Positions 19,006-28,694 of a DNA stretch of 64,000 bases are shown here, piece by piece. The position numbers and the translations under genes were made by a program. How positions within the stretch are numbered: position 1 is the stretch's first letter; every line of letters starts with the position of its first letter. The stretch covers positions 32,001 through 96,000 of IMG/VR virus record IMGVR_UViG_3300034102_002101; one strand, 5' to 3'. The notes beneath the pieces are model-generated. The model saw only the letters and a program-made list of their open reading frames with translations. It did no database searches and was not told the origin of the DNA. This stretch comes from a virus.

Positions 19006-19741
19006 GAATATACATCTGATGTGGAAGGTTAAAGACTTGGATAATTTACATAGATCGTGTTTCAATTCTTGGGTTAAACATCATCCAGATTGGATAGTAA
19101 AATTATACGACGATGTTGAATTGGATACCATTATAAAAATAAAACTTCCTGATTTATACAATCGCTTTGCTGGATGTGACGGTATCAAAAAATCGGACGC
19201 TTTCAGGCTTGGGTTGGTTTATGTTTTTGGTGGATTATATGTTGACATTGACACATTTTGTTTTAAACCAATTGATTCTCTTGTTGTTAATTGTGATAGA
19301 TGTTTTTTCGAGGATGTAAAAATTGAGGGAGGAATATACGATTATAAGCCAAAGTTTGAATATACCAATGCAATATTTTATGCTAATCCCAAAGATAGGA
19401 TGATTGGAAGAATAATAACAGACCTAATAAGATACGGGGACGATGATAAGACAATAGACAAGAATATGAATGTAATATTGCATACCGGGCCAGAATTCTT
19501 GTCAAACTGCATAAAAAAGTATGGAATGATATGGAATATTGACGTAATCGGGAGTGATAAGTTCGAATGGTGTGATAAAATGAATCGACAGTCTATGGTC
19601 AAAAGTGGAAAGCTGATTGTAAATTCTGGTAGTTATGGTCTACATCTAGCAGTTGGTAGTTGGATATACGGGTCAATGAAATTTAAATACTACGAAGATG
19701 TTAAAGACATAAATTTGGAGGCAATGGATGATTATCGATAA
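18998..19741 (+). CDS. GT32/OCH1-like glycosyltransferase
   Basis: IHLMW, SW..HPDW, KSDAFRLGLVYVFGGLYVDID, TGP. Confidence 0.85.
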   Translation: MNKNIHLMWKVKDLDNLHRSCFNSWVKHHPDWIVKLYDDVELDTIIKIKLPDLYNRFAGCDGIKKSDAFRLGLVYVFGGLYVDIDTFCFKPIDSLVVNCDRCFFEDVKIEGGIYDYKPKFEYTNAIFYANPKDRMIGRIITDLIRYGDDDKTIDKNMNVILHTGPEFLSNCIKKYGMIWNIDVIGSDKFEWCDKMNRQSMVKSGKLIVNSGSYGLHLAVGSWIYGSMKFKYYEDVKDINLEAMDDYR

Positions 19742-20432
19742 TAAAAATATACATTTTATATGGTATGGTGGGGATATTCCAGAATTAAATTTGCAATGTA
19801 TCGAATCTTGGCGAGTTTTATTTCCTGACTGGAATGTGATTGTATGGAATCAATCCGATTTGGATAACATAGTCATTAAACATTTCCCACAAGTAACGGA
19901 TTACGTAAATAGATTTGGGGAATTTTCAAAAAATGAACAGCGGATAAAAAATAACATGTATAGATATATTGTTGTGTATTTATATGGTGGATTTTATTGT
20001 GATGTTGATGTCATGTGTTTTAAGCCATTACATATAGATGATTCGGATCTACATTTTTTTATGGAATATCCATTGGACGAGTTTATGTATGATATCTGCG
20101 ACCCTTATAAACAACTAATTTCGAATGCGATATTCTATTCCGTGCGAGGAAATAAATTTCTTAGGAGAATAGTATCTGAAATGATCAATTACCCTTTGAC
20201 AATAAACGTTTTAAAACATAAGAAGGTGGGTGATGGTGATATTTTTATGTTGTTCAATGCGTGTCATTTTCTGACCTCAACAGTTGATAAGTATTCGAGT
20301 TTATACCCATTTAAAATGCACGATAATCAATTATATGAACCTATCCAAAAATCCCTACGTTTGGAATTTATAAAATCCGAAAATAAACCAAATTCTTGTT
20401 TTGGATTACATGTTTCGACTGGATTGTGTTAA
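19728..20432 (+). CDS. GT32/OCH1-like glycosyltransferase
   Basis: IHFIWYGG, CIESW..FPDW, RYIVVYLYGGFYCDVD. Confidence 0.85.
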   Translation: MIIDNKNIHFIWYGGDIPELNLQCIESWRVLFPDWNVIVWNQSDLDNIVIKHFPQVTDYVNRFGEFSKNEQRIKNNMYRYIVVYLYGGFYCDVDVMCFKPLHIDDSDLHFFMEYPLDEFMYDICDPYKQLISNAIFYSVRGNKFLRRIVSEMINYPLTINVLKHKKVGDGDIFMLFNACHFLTSTVDKYSSLYPFKMHDNQLYEPIQKSLRLEFIKSENKPNSCFGLHVSTGLC

Positions 20433-20438
20433 AAAATA

Positions 20439-20466
20439 TTGACTTTTGTAGTTAAACTGCTACCAT
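20439..20466 (+). promoter_or_regulatory. sigma70-like promoter TTGACT-N16-TACCAT with TG extension
   Basis: Intergenic, 8 nt before ATG 20475. Confidence 0.6.
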
Positions 20467-20474
20467 AATACAAT

Positions 20475-21089
20475 ATGAAATCAATTTGGGAAACCGTATC
20501 ATTCTTCGAAGAAGAAATAGCAAATTACTGTGGATCTAAATACGCAGTTGCTACCGACTCATGTACAAATTCTATATTTCTATGTTTAAAATACTTAGAT
20601 AATCCAATCGACGTAATAATCCCAACAAAAACTTATATTTCTGTGCCTATGTCCGTAAAGCACGCAAATTATGGTTTAAAATTCGAAAACATAGAATGGG
20701 AAGGTAGTTATCAACTCGGAAATACACAAATAATCGATTCTGCCTGTAGATTTGAGGAAGGTATGTACTTAGACGGAACATTCTGTTGCCTTTCCTTTCA
20801 TTTTAAGAAGATAATACCGATAGGTAGGGGTGGAATGATATTAACGAATGACAAAGATGCCGCTGACTGGTTACGGATGGCTAGATACGATGGGCGACCA
20901 ACGTACTCATACAATGATATACTAAAAACAGGTATAAGTGTGATGGGATACCATATGTATATGACACCGGAACAAGCTTCCCGTGGAATTGAACAATTTT
21001 ATAGGGCAAAGTCAGAAGGAAAGAAGGTTTGTGGATCATCCTCAGAATTTATGGTTGATCTATCAAAACTAGACATATTTAAAACATGA
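20475..21089 (+). CDS. DegT/DnrJ/EryC1/StrS PLP aminotransferase (short form)
   Basis: FEEEIANYCGSKYAVATDSCT, IIDSA, SFHFKKIIPIGRGGMI (PLP lysine); only 204 aa. Confidence 0.85.
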   Translation: MKSIWETVSFFEEEIANYCGSKYAVATDSCTNSIFLCLKYLDNPIDVIIPTKTYISVPMSVKHANYGLKFENIEWEGSYQLGNTQIIDSACRFEEGMYLDGTFCCLSFHFKKIIPIGRGGMILTNDKDAADWLRMARYDGRPTYSYNDILKTGISVMGYHMYMTPEQASRGIEQFYRAKSEGKKVCGSSSEFMVDLSKLDIFKT

Positions 21090-21907
21090 AAAAAATTTAC
21101 GTTCTCGGTAATGGTTTATTAGGCAACTACGTATACAGTTACCTATCTAAGAGGGGAAAGTCGGTGGAACAAGTAACAAGAAAACAGCTTGATTTTTCTA
21201 TAATAGACCTATCGGAGTTTATCGACAATAATATGTTTGATGAATATTCGGTAATAGTTAATTGTATAGGAGTATTAAAACCTAATATAGATAAAGTTGG
21301 TCTAGATGTAACAGTAAAGATAAATAAGAACCTACCAATAGCATTGAGCAACATAGCATCGTTAAAAAATATTGATGTTATAAATATATCATCGGATTGT
21401 GTGTTCTCCGGTAAAAAAGGAAATTATACCGAGAACGATTTTTGTGACGCTACAGATTATTATGGATTAACAAAGTCACTAGATTCCGTAAATACTACTG
21501 TTATAAGGACAAGTTTTATAGGCCATGAGATAAATAACAAGATGGGGATTCTTGAATTTGCATTACGTAATTCCGGTAATAAGGTCAGTGGATATACGAA
21601 TTGTATCTGGAATGGGATCACAGCATTAGAATTAGCTGATTGGATAAACCATATAATAGATACAGATAGTTATTGGTGTGGGGTGCAGCATATATATTCA
21701 AAATCAAAAATATCGAAATACGATTTATTACATCTAATAAACGAGGTATATGAACTAAATCTGAAAATTATACCAGTTTTGGCTGAAGAGATAGTTGGTA
21801 CTAAAATAGAAGGTATCCTCGACAGAAGCCTGTCGTCTATTTTTCGTGCTCCGGTCAATTCAAGCATAGAAGAACAATTAATATTATTGAAAAGTTATAC
21901 ATTATGA
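21086..21907 (+). CDS. rmlD: dTDP-4-dehydrorhamnose reductase-like SDR
   Basis: GNGLLG, ISSDCVFSGKKGNYTE, YGLTK. Confidence 0.85.
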   Translation: MKKIYVLGNGLLGNYVYSYLSKRGKSVEQVTRKQLDFSIIDLSEFIDNNMFDEYSVIVNCIGVLKPNIDKVGLDVTVKINKNLPIALSNIASLKNIDVINISSDCVFSGKKGNYTENDFCDATDYYGLTKSLDSVNTTVIRTSFIGHEINNKMGILEFALRNSGNKVSGYTNCIWNGITALELADWINHIIDTDSYWCGVQHIYSKSKISKYDLLHLINEVYELNLKIIPVLAEEIVGTKIEGILDRSLSSIFRAPVNSSIEEQLILLKSYTL

Positions 21908-22821
21908 AAACAGCAGTTATTGGTGGAGCGGGATTTATCGGTAAACAGTTAGTATGTGGATTACAGAGGTCTCACATATTTGATGTTACGTCTATAGATA
22001 TACTTGAAAACACAAATTGTAAAAATGTGATATGTGACATAACTAATTCTTACAATATACAACAAGCATTGGTTGGCTTCGATTACGTATACTTACTGGC
22101 TGCTGAGTCGGAGGCATCAAAAAATACAACAGACCCGGTTAATTCTATGGACCTAAACTTAATGGGAACAGTAAATGTACTAAACTCATGTGTAAAAAAT
22201 AAAATAAAGAAGATATTTTTCTGTAGTACTGTTTGGGTATATGATGCATGTGAATCGATTGATGTAAATGAGGATACTCCATTCGATCCAACATATAAAG
22301 GAAATTTATATACAACATCGAAGATTTGCGGAGAAATGTTGATAAAAAGTTATCAACAAACATTTGGTTTAACTTATACTATATTACGATTAGGTACGGC
22401 ATATGGACATGGATGTAACCCACGAACAGCCATGGCTTCATTTGTGCGGAATGCTCACAATGGAGAGACGATAAAAATATTCGGAAATGGTGAAGGATTT
22501 AGATCTTTTATGCATATATCTGATCATGTTAATGCATTGATGTGGGCACTTACCGCTTATGTAGAATCAGATAACCAGATAATAAACTTCGATGGTCCAG
22601 ATAAAGTAACATTGAATGGAATAATAGAAATGTTGAAAGATTATTATCCGGAGTTAAAGGTAGAATACGTAAAAAACAATTTACCTGATTATATGGGTAA
22701 GAATGTTAGTTGCGAAAAAGCTATGCGTTTATTGGGAGGTACAGCAAGAGTAAAATTTAAAGAAGGATTACAAGATTATGTTGAATGGTTCAAAAATACT
22801 AATAGTAGCAACACACGCTGA
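21904..22821 (+). CDS. NAD-dependent sugar epimerase/dehydratase
   Basis: GGAGFIG, YTTSK, G.G..RSFMHISD. Confidence 0.9.
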   Translation: MKTAVIGGAGFIGKQLVCGLQRSHIFDVTSIDILENTNCKNVICDITNSYNIQQALVGFDYVYLLAAESEASKNTTDPVNSMDLNLMGTVNVLNSCVKNKIKKIFFCSTVWVYDACESIDVNEDTPFDPTYKGNLYTTSKICGEMLIKSYQQTFGLTYTILRLGTAYGHGCNPRTAMASFVRNAHNGETIKIFGNGEGFRSFMHISDHVNALMWALTAYVESDNQIINFDGPDKVTLNGIIEMLKDYYPELKVEYVKNNLPDYMGKNVSCEKAMRLLGGTARVKFKEGLQDYVEWFKNTNSSNTR

Positions 22822-23431
22822 TGATGAGGTGCTTGGTTGTGGTGGTATGATATCAAAATGCAATGATACATGTCATGTCCAGATTTTAGTCATTTCCAAT
22901 AGAAGTGACATCAATAACAAGAATTTACGAAATGATCAAATACTGCAATCTAAAAAAATACAAGCCGAACATCATGTTTGTTATAATTTCCTTGATTACT
23001 CGGACGAATTATTGGATACCGTCCCAATCTCGGAAATAATAAAAAAAATAGAATTGCTCAATGCTGCGTTTTTACCTGATTATGTGTTTATACCAAATAT
23101 TGGTGATATAAACAATGACCATAAGGTTACTCATAATGCGTGTTTAATAGCGTTTAGGAAGATACAAAAGAATCAACCTAAGAAGTTAATAGTTTACGAA
23201 GTTCCATCATCAACAACGCAAGGAGAACCATTTCACCCAAATTTATATATCGAATTGTCCAGTAAGAATGTCGATGATAAGATTAAAATGCTATATGTAT
23301 ATTCAGACGAATTAAGGCCAGAACCAAACCCAAGAAACGCACGAGGAATTACGGTACATTCAGAATTTAGGGGTATGGAATGTAATAAACGGTACGCAGA
23401 GGCATTTAAATTATTGTATGAAATCAATTGA
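22778..23431 (+). CDS. PIG-L/LmbE family N-acetyl-sugar deacetylase
   Basis: HADDEVLGCGG and DINNDH metal-binding motifs; YAEAF C-terminus. Confidence 0.9.
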   Translation: MLNGSKILIVATHADDEVLGCGGMISKCNDTCHVQILVISNRSDINNKNLRNDQILQSKKIQAEHHVCYNFLDYSDELLDTVPISEIIKKIELLNAAFLPDYVFIPNIGDINNDHKVTHNACLIAFRKIQKNQPKKLIVYEVPSSTTQGEPFHPNLYIELSSKNVDDKIKMLYVYSDELRPEPNPRNARGITVHSEFRGMECNKRYAEAFKLLYEIN

Positions 23432-24098
23432 TAATAAAATATTTATAGGATACGATTCAAGAGAAATAGACGCATTTAATGCTTGTATGAATTCCATTAT
23501 ATCAAATACCGATAGTTGTCCATTTATATGTGAGCTAAACCAAAACAAACTTAGAAAGAATGGGCATTATTATAGAGAAGTTGATATATTATCATCAACC
23601 GAATTTTCATTTACTCGGTTTCTAATACCACATTTAACTGAATATAAAGGATGGAGCGTATTCTGTGATTGTGATTTTATATTCTTGGAAGATATCCAAG
23701 AGTTGTTTGACTTGTGTGATGATCAATATGCTGTTATGGTTTGTAAGCATGATTATATACCAACAAATAATATTAAGATGGATGGCAAGGTCCAGCACCA
23801 ATATCCCAGAAAAAATTGGTCTTCTCTCGTATTATGGAACAATGCACACCCAAAAAATAAACTACTGACAAAAGATATGGTCAATACACAAACAGGACAA
23901 TTCCTACATAGATTTTCTTGGTTGGATGATAAAGAGATAGGAGAAATTCCTATCCAGTGGAATTGGTTAGTTGGTTGGTATAAAGAACCAAAAGACGGAA
24001 AACCAAAGGCATTACATTTTACTGAGGGTGGACCATGGTTTAAAGAGTATGAGAATTGTGAATATTGTGATGTATATGATATATATAAATTAACATGA
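23418..24098 (+). CDS. GT8-like glycosyltransferase
   Basis: IFIGYDSRE, STEFSFTRFL, FCDCDF, YPRKNWSS, WNWLVG, HFTEGGPW. Confidence 0.8.
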   Translation: MKSIDNKIFIGYDSREIDAFNACMNSIISNTDSCPFICELNQNKLRKNGHYYREVDILSSTEFSFTRFLIPHLTEYKGWSVFCDCDFIFLEDIQELFDLCDDQYAVMVCKHDYIPTNNIKMDGKVQHQYPRKNWSSLVLWNNAHPKNKLLTKDMVNTQTGQFLHRFSWLDDKEIGEIPIQWNWLVGWYKEPKDGKPKALHFTEGGPWFKEYENCEYCDVYDIYKLT

Positions 24099-25009
24099 AT
24101 AAAATAACAGACAGGATTGATAATGTAACTGACTGCTCAAAGTCTTTGATTGTACCTACACCATTCCCGAAATCGGTTAAAATAGAACTTAATTCAAATT
24201 GTAACTATAAATGCTCATTTTGTGCAACCCAATTCAATTTAAGATCAATGGGCAAAATGGATAAACATTTGTTTGAAAAAATAATAGATGAATTATCTAT
24301 TATTGGCATACAAGAAGTTGGTTTATTTTACTTGGGTGAACCGTTTCTCTGTGACTGGCTATCTGACGCAATTAAGTATGTTAAGAGCAAGGGCATACCT
24401 TACGTTTTCTTAACGACTAATGGCTCTGCTATAACGGAAAAGAAGATCTTCGAGTGTATGTTAAATGGACTAGATAGTGTCAAATTCAGTGTTAATTTCG
24501 CAGACAAAAACCAATTTACCGAAATAACGAAGCTTTCTGATAATATATTCAATAGAGTCATAGAAAACATAAAAATCACACATGCGGTTAGGGAAAAGAA
24601 TAATTTCAAGTGTGGAGTATATGTTTCTTGTATCAGATATGACGAAAACCAACCAGAAAGAATGAAACCGTTATTGGATGAACTATCAATATACGTCGAT
24701 GAATTTTACTGGCTTCCACTTTATACGCAAGCTGGATTATTCGATAACTCTACCGTTGTTGGAAATGTAGGTAGACACGACAATCAACGAACTGGTATAC
24801 CTTGCTGGTCAATATTTACTGGAGCACATATCACGCACGAGGGATTATTATCGGCGTGCTGTTTCGATCATAAGAATGAATTTATTATGGGGGATCTAAA
24901 AAGCGACACGTTCGCAAAATCGTGGAATTCTACTGATTTCATCGAATTAAGAAAAGCACATATTAGTGGTGATATACACAATACACAATGTAGAAATTGT
25001 ATATTGTGA
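24095..25009 (+). CDS. Radical SAM protein with SPASM/twitch domain
   Basis: CNYKCSFC, GEPFL, TTNG, PCW...ACCFD...CRNC. Confidence 0.9.
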   Translation: MNKITDRIDNVTDCSKSLIVPTPFPKSVKIELNSNCNYKCSFCATQFNLRSMGKMDKHLFEKIIDELSIIGIQEVGLFYLGEPFLCDWLSDAIKYVKSKGIPYVFLTTNGSAITEKKIFECMLNGLDSVKFSVNFADKNQFTEITKLSDNIFNRVIENIKITHAVREKNNFKCGVYVSCIRYDENQPERMKPLLDELSIYVDEFYWLPLYTQAGLFDNSTVVGNVGRHDNQRTGIPCWSIFTGAHITHEGLLSACCFDHKNEFIMGDLKSDTFAKSWNSTDFIELRKAHISGDIHNTQCRNCIL

Positions 25010-25105
25010 TATACCGATACTCAGTATACAGACCGAGAAATCGGGTTATTATGTAAGAATAACGTTGATATAGTAGAGAAAAATAAAAATTATTAATTAT
25101 TGTTG

Positions 25106-25133
25106 TTGACAATAAGTAGTATTTTCATATTAT
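25106..25133 (+). promoter_or_regulatory. sigma70-like promoter TTGACA-N16-TATTAT
   Basis: 8 nt before ATG 25142; would drive the sigma-factor operon. Confidence 0.6.
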
Positions 25134-25141
25134 ATATTGAT

Positions 25142-25408
25142 ATGAATGTACTACTTATTTTTTGCGTAATCTTACTTCTATCAACATCGATAGTATTATA
25201 TATATTATTGGAAAAGTCTCTAATCAGAGAAAAGAGGTGTATATCATGGATGATAACCACGGAAAATGATATATCAAATACATACGAGAAGCTAAAAGAG
25301 ATTGATGATCGTCAAATATTTGAAAAAGATGATGAAATAGGATTCATGTTCACCGAATTAACAACAACCCTAGAAAAATTAAATGACAAAATTAAAAATA
25401 TCAACTAA
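25142..25408 (+). CDS. Small membrane-anchored hypothetical protein
   Basis: N-terminal hydrophobic stretch then a coiled-coil-like region. Confidence 0.6.
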   Translation: MNVLLIFCVILLLSTSIVLYILLEKSLIREKRCISWMITTENDISNTYEKLKEIDDRQIFEKDDEIGFMFTELTTTLEKLNDKIKNIN

Positions 25409-26357
25409 GAAGAAGGTAAAGAGTAAGAATGTAAAGGGTAAAAAGATTAAGAAGGTAATATCTAAGTTACCGGCTCTAAAGTTATCTACCCCACCCAAAA
25501 TTCCTTTTCAGGATATAGAATCCGATAACTACCAAACTACGAATGTTACGGATGATGAATTTAATAAGATAAGAGACAACTCAAAAAAGAAATCGGATAA
25601 GCCTTGTATATATTGGACAAAGGATACCGAGAGTAGTATAAATGCATATAATGAATCTATATGCGATAAGGAAAAAAACAGAATTTACGAAACCGAATTA
25701 AAATGGTCTTTAAATAAGTTAATAGAAAATATATTCAACACGTTCAAGTTCAGCTACTTTGAAACAAATCAATCGGACGCGAAGAGTGAGTGTTTGTCAC
25801 ATTTAATGGCGAATATATCTAAATTTAAATCAGAATTTGTCGGTAAGTCTTTTGGGTATTTTAGTATTATGGCAAAAAACCATTTCATATTGATAAATAA
25901 TGCGAACTACAAAAAGTGGAAAATTCATGATCAAATTGATCCAACACCAGAACATCCAAAAGAATTTGTTATTGACGATCACGTAAAGTACAAATTAAAA
26001 GAGAAGAATGAATTTATAATATTGATGGTCGAATATTGGGAAGATAATATAGAAAAAATGTTTTCCAAGCAGAGAGATTATGAGATAGCATCCGCGATAA
26101 TTGAACTATTCAGACAAAGTGATAGAATAGACTTCTTCAATAAAAAGGCACTATATCTATATATTAGAGAAATTTCTGGTTGTAGAACTCAACAAATCAC
26201 CAAAGTGATTAATAAAATGAAGAGTGCGCAGAAGTTGATAACAAAAGAATATCTTCGTAGCGGAACCATACTAATGAAGAAGAAAAAGGTAGAAATACAG
26301 GTCGATGAAGAAGATGATTTCGAGAAAATTCTACAAGAACCGTTAAATCTAGTTTAA
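25383..26357 (+). CDS. Phage sigma-factor-like protein (T4 gp55-like late sigma)
   Basis: Region-2-like DAKSECLSHLMANISKF...KSFGYFSIMAKNHFI; C-terminal helix-turn-helix-like LYIREISGCRTQQITKVINKMK. Confidence 0.6.
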   Translation: MTKLKISTKKKVKSKNVKGKKIKKVISKLPALKLSTPPKIPFQDIESDNYQTTNVTDDEFNKIRDNSKKKSDKPCIYWTKDTESSINAYNESICDKEKNRIYETELKWSLNKLIENIFNTFKFSYFETNQSDAKSECLSHLMANISKFKSEFVGKSFGYFSIMAKNHFILINNANYKKWKIHDQIDPTPEHPKEFVIDDHVKYKLKEKNEFIILMVEYWEDNIEKMFSKQRDYEIASAIIELFRQSDRIDFFNKKALYLYIREISGCRTQQITKVINKMKSAQKLITKEYLRSGTILMKKKKVEIQVDEEDDFEKILQEPLNLV

Positions 26358-26361
26358 TTAG

Positions 26362-26370
26362 ATATTTATA
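26362..26370 (+). promoter_or_regulatory. Putative late promoter ATATTTATA
   Basis: 3 nt before ATG 26374. Confidence 0.55.
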
Positions 26371-26373
26371 CCC

Positions 26374-26790
26374 ATGCCATTTGAAGACATCGAATTATAT
26401 AAAGGGAAGAAATTTTCAGACTTAGCGAAAGATATCGTAACTAATTCTGAAAATACTAAGGGTCAGATAGATCTACTGATTAGTGATCTTAGACAATTAA
26501 TAAAGGGGCCGAATGATGCTATAATGATCGTTCCTCTATTACGCGATTACATCGACATAGGGATAAAAAATGACGATGAATTAGTTAAGTTAGCAGCAAT
26601 CGCACAGAGAATAATATCTAATCAACAAAAGGCGGAATCTATGGGTGGAGATGGTCTAGGTATAACACAAGAAGAACGCGATGAGTTAATGGCAGAAATA
26701 AACGGAATAAATAAAGAAAAGGACGTTCTTGACAAGAAAAAGACAAAAGTCTTAAATTTCGGATTATCTGATAAAGAGGAGACTAAGTAA
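26374..26790 (+). CDS. Hypothetical helical phage protein
   Basis: 138-aa ORF at the head of the baseplate module. Confidence 0.6.
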   Translation: MPFEDIELYKGKKFSDLAKDIVTNSENTKGQIDLLISDLRQLIKGPNDAIMIVPLLRDYIDIGIKNDDELVKLAAIAQRIISNQQKAESMGGDGLGITQEERDELMAEINGINKEKDVLDKKKTKVLNFGLSDKEETK

Positions 26791-26791
26791 C

Positions 26792-28213
26792 ATGGCTTAT
26801 TACGATAAATCAACAAAAAGATCGGAGTTACGTCAAAGACAAGAGTCTAGCTTAGTTTCTCGAAGTGAACTATTAAATAGAAAACCAGATCCCGATAAGT
26901 TCTTCGAGTATGAATCTGCTGTCGTAGTGGACATTATATTGGACGAAAATCATCCGATATTCAAATTAAATAATGGTCCGAAAATAGATGTGAGTAATCA
27001 TCCAGGAACTCCAATTAATAATGATATTGACTATTCTTATATAGGAAGGGCACTTGTGCGGATGACAACTAGCGATTCTGGTAAAATAAAAGATACCTTA
27101 TCATGGGCAATACCAATCAACGGTACTGGTGGAGAAGAATATCCATTGAAGAATGAAATAGTATATGTCGTTAAGTATCTGGAACAATTATTCTATGGTA
27201 AGGTTAATATTAGAAATTTCATAAATCACAATGCCGACTTTCGATATGAAAAGAAATATGGGCTTAATGATGGTGTGGAAAAAACAAAAGCCATAAGCTA
27301 TACTAGAAATAAAAATTTAAAAGATACCAATAATGATTATAATGGTAGTCTCGGAGATTACTTCAAGTCGAATGATAATATACGAGCGATTAGGAGGTTC
27401 GAGGGTGATTCCGTGATTGAAAGCAGATTCGGACAAAGTATACGATTCTCGGCGTATGATAACAATAGACTAAATGACGTTGGTAGCATAAACTACAAGA
27501 ATTATATTGATGGTGGTGGAAATCCGATGATACTCATCAGAAATAGACAAGGAGACACTACAGTAAAACCAGATGTCAGTAAAAATGTAGGAGGGACGGT
27601 AGAAGAAGATATAAATAATGATGGGACTTCTGTACAAATAACTAGTGGATTAACTATATCCAAATGGAATAAGGATACGATAACGGTTCAACCGTTCCAA
27701 TCTGGTTTAGGTATAAATAACAAACATTCTTCTGCGTTTTCTCCAGCTGGTTCAAGTGACTTCACATACCCTATACTAGATGGCGATCAATTAATAACAC
27801 AATCGGATAGAGTAATTATTTCGGCGAAGAAAAATGAGATGTTCCTGTGTTCGAAGAAAAGAATGTCACTATGTACCGACTCAGAATTTAACACGATGTC
27901 AGAAAAACAATCGGTGTTCATATCAAATACTTCACATCAGATACTTGCTCCGTTCATACATTTAGGAGATTATAACGTCAAGGAAGAACCAATCGTATTG
28001 GGTGCAACCACAGCGATATGGTTATCTGATCTAATAGATTGGTTAAAGGTTCATACTCACATATATAAACATACGCACCCAAATAGCCCACAAGCATCAC
28101 CGGATAAAACACAAATTACGCCGGAATTAGCCGGATTGATTGGTTTGCAGCAACGTATACCATCGCTTCTGTCAAATCGAGTATTTACTGTTGGTAGACA
28201 ACCATTGAAATGA
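26792..28213 (+). CDS. Baseplate hub/spike protein (gp5/VgrG-like)
   Basis: YPLKNEIV OB-fold-like motif, EGDSVIESRFGQSIRFS, SDRVIISAK, EPIVLG and HTH-type metal-tip histidines; precedes gp25/gp6. Confidence 0.65.
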   Translation: MAYYDKSTKRSELRQRQESSLVSRSELLNRKPDPDKFFEYESAVVVDIILDENHPIFKLNNGPKIDVSNHPGTPINNDIDYSYIGRALVRMTTSDSGKIKDTLSWAIPINGTGGEEYPLKNEIVYVVKYLEQLFYGKVNIRNFINHNADFRYEKKYGLNDGVEKTKAISYTRNKNLKDTNNDYNGSLGDYFKSNDNIRAIRRFEGDSVIESRFGQSIRFSAYDNNRLNDVGSINYKNYIDGGGNPMILIRNRQGDTTVKPDVSKNVGGTVEEDINNDGTSVQITSGLTISKWNKDTITVQPFQSGLGINNKHSSAFSPAGSSDFTYPILDGDQLITQSDRVIISAKKNEMFLCSKKRMSLCTDSEFNTMSEKQSVFISNTSHQILAPFIHLGDYNVKEEPIVLGATTAIWLSDLIDWLKVHTHIYKHTHPNSPQASPDKTQITPELAGLIGLQQRIPSLLSNRVFTVGRQPLK

Positions 28214-28241
28214 TTTAGATTGAAAAAAACCAAAAACAATA

Positions 28242-28250
28242 ATATTTATA
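28242..28250 (+). promoter_or_regulatory. Putative late promoter ATATTTATA
   Basis: 9 nt before ATG 28260. Confidence 0.55.
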
Positions 28251-28259
28251 ATAAATAAT

Positions 28260-28694
28260 ATGACTACGAAAGAATTACGATCAATAATACAGGAAATAGT
28301 TGCTAAGGAAATAAAAGAACAATTTCCAGCACTTATTAGTGAGATATTAGGAAGCAAGAACGCGAAGTTACCATTACAACGCAGAGAATTCGCACCAATA
28401 GCGGAGCAGAAGAGATCAACAGTGACAATAAAAACAGGAAATCCAGCACTCGACAAGATACTATCAGAAACTACTGGTCTCCCTAGGGAAGCATCTTCTC
28501 CAAACGTATCCAGTGAATTTGGTTTGATTGGGGAAGGTACTGTTATTCCACAGACAGATATAAATGGGAATGAGGTCAATATAGATGCCCTACCAGAATC
28601 AATATCAAACATATTTAAGAAAGATTATTCGGCATTACTAAAAAAAGCAGATAGCATAGCAAAGAAGACACATCGTGGCAACTCCCCTCTATAA
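28260..28694 (+). CDS. Hypothetical virion-module protein
   Basis: ORF between the spike and gp25 genes. Confidence 0.6.
   Translation: MTTKELRSIIQEIVAKEIKEQFPALISEILGSKNAKLPLQRREFAPIAEQKRSTVTIKTGNPALDKILSETTGLPREASSPNVSSEFGLIGEGTVIPQTDINGNEVNIDALPESISNIFKKDYSALLKKADSIAKKTHRGNSPL

Noticed and set aside
14573-25009. Phage production of a free aminoglycoside antibiotic
   Set aside because: No cyclitol synthase, resistance gene or exporter is present; the context beside fibre genes and glycosyltransferases favours glycan decoration.
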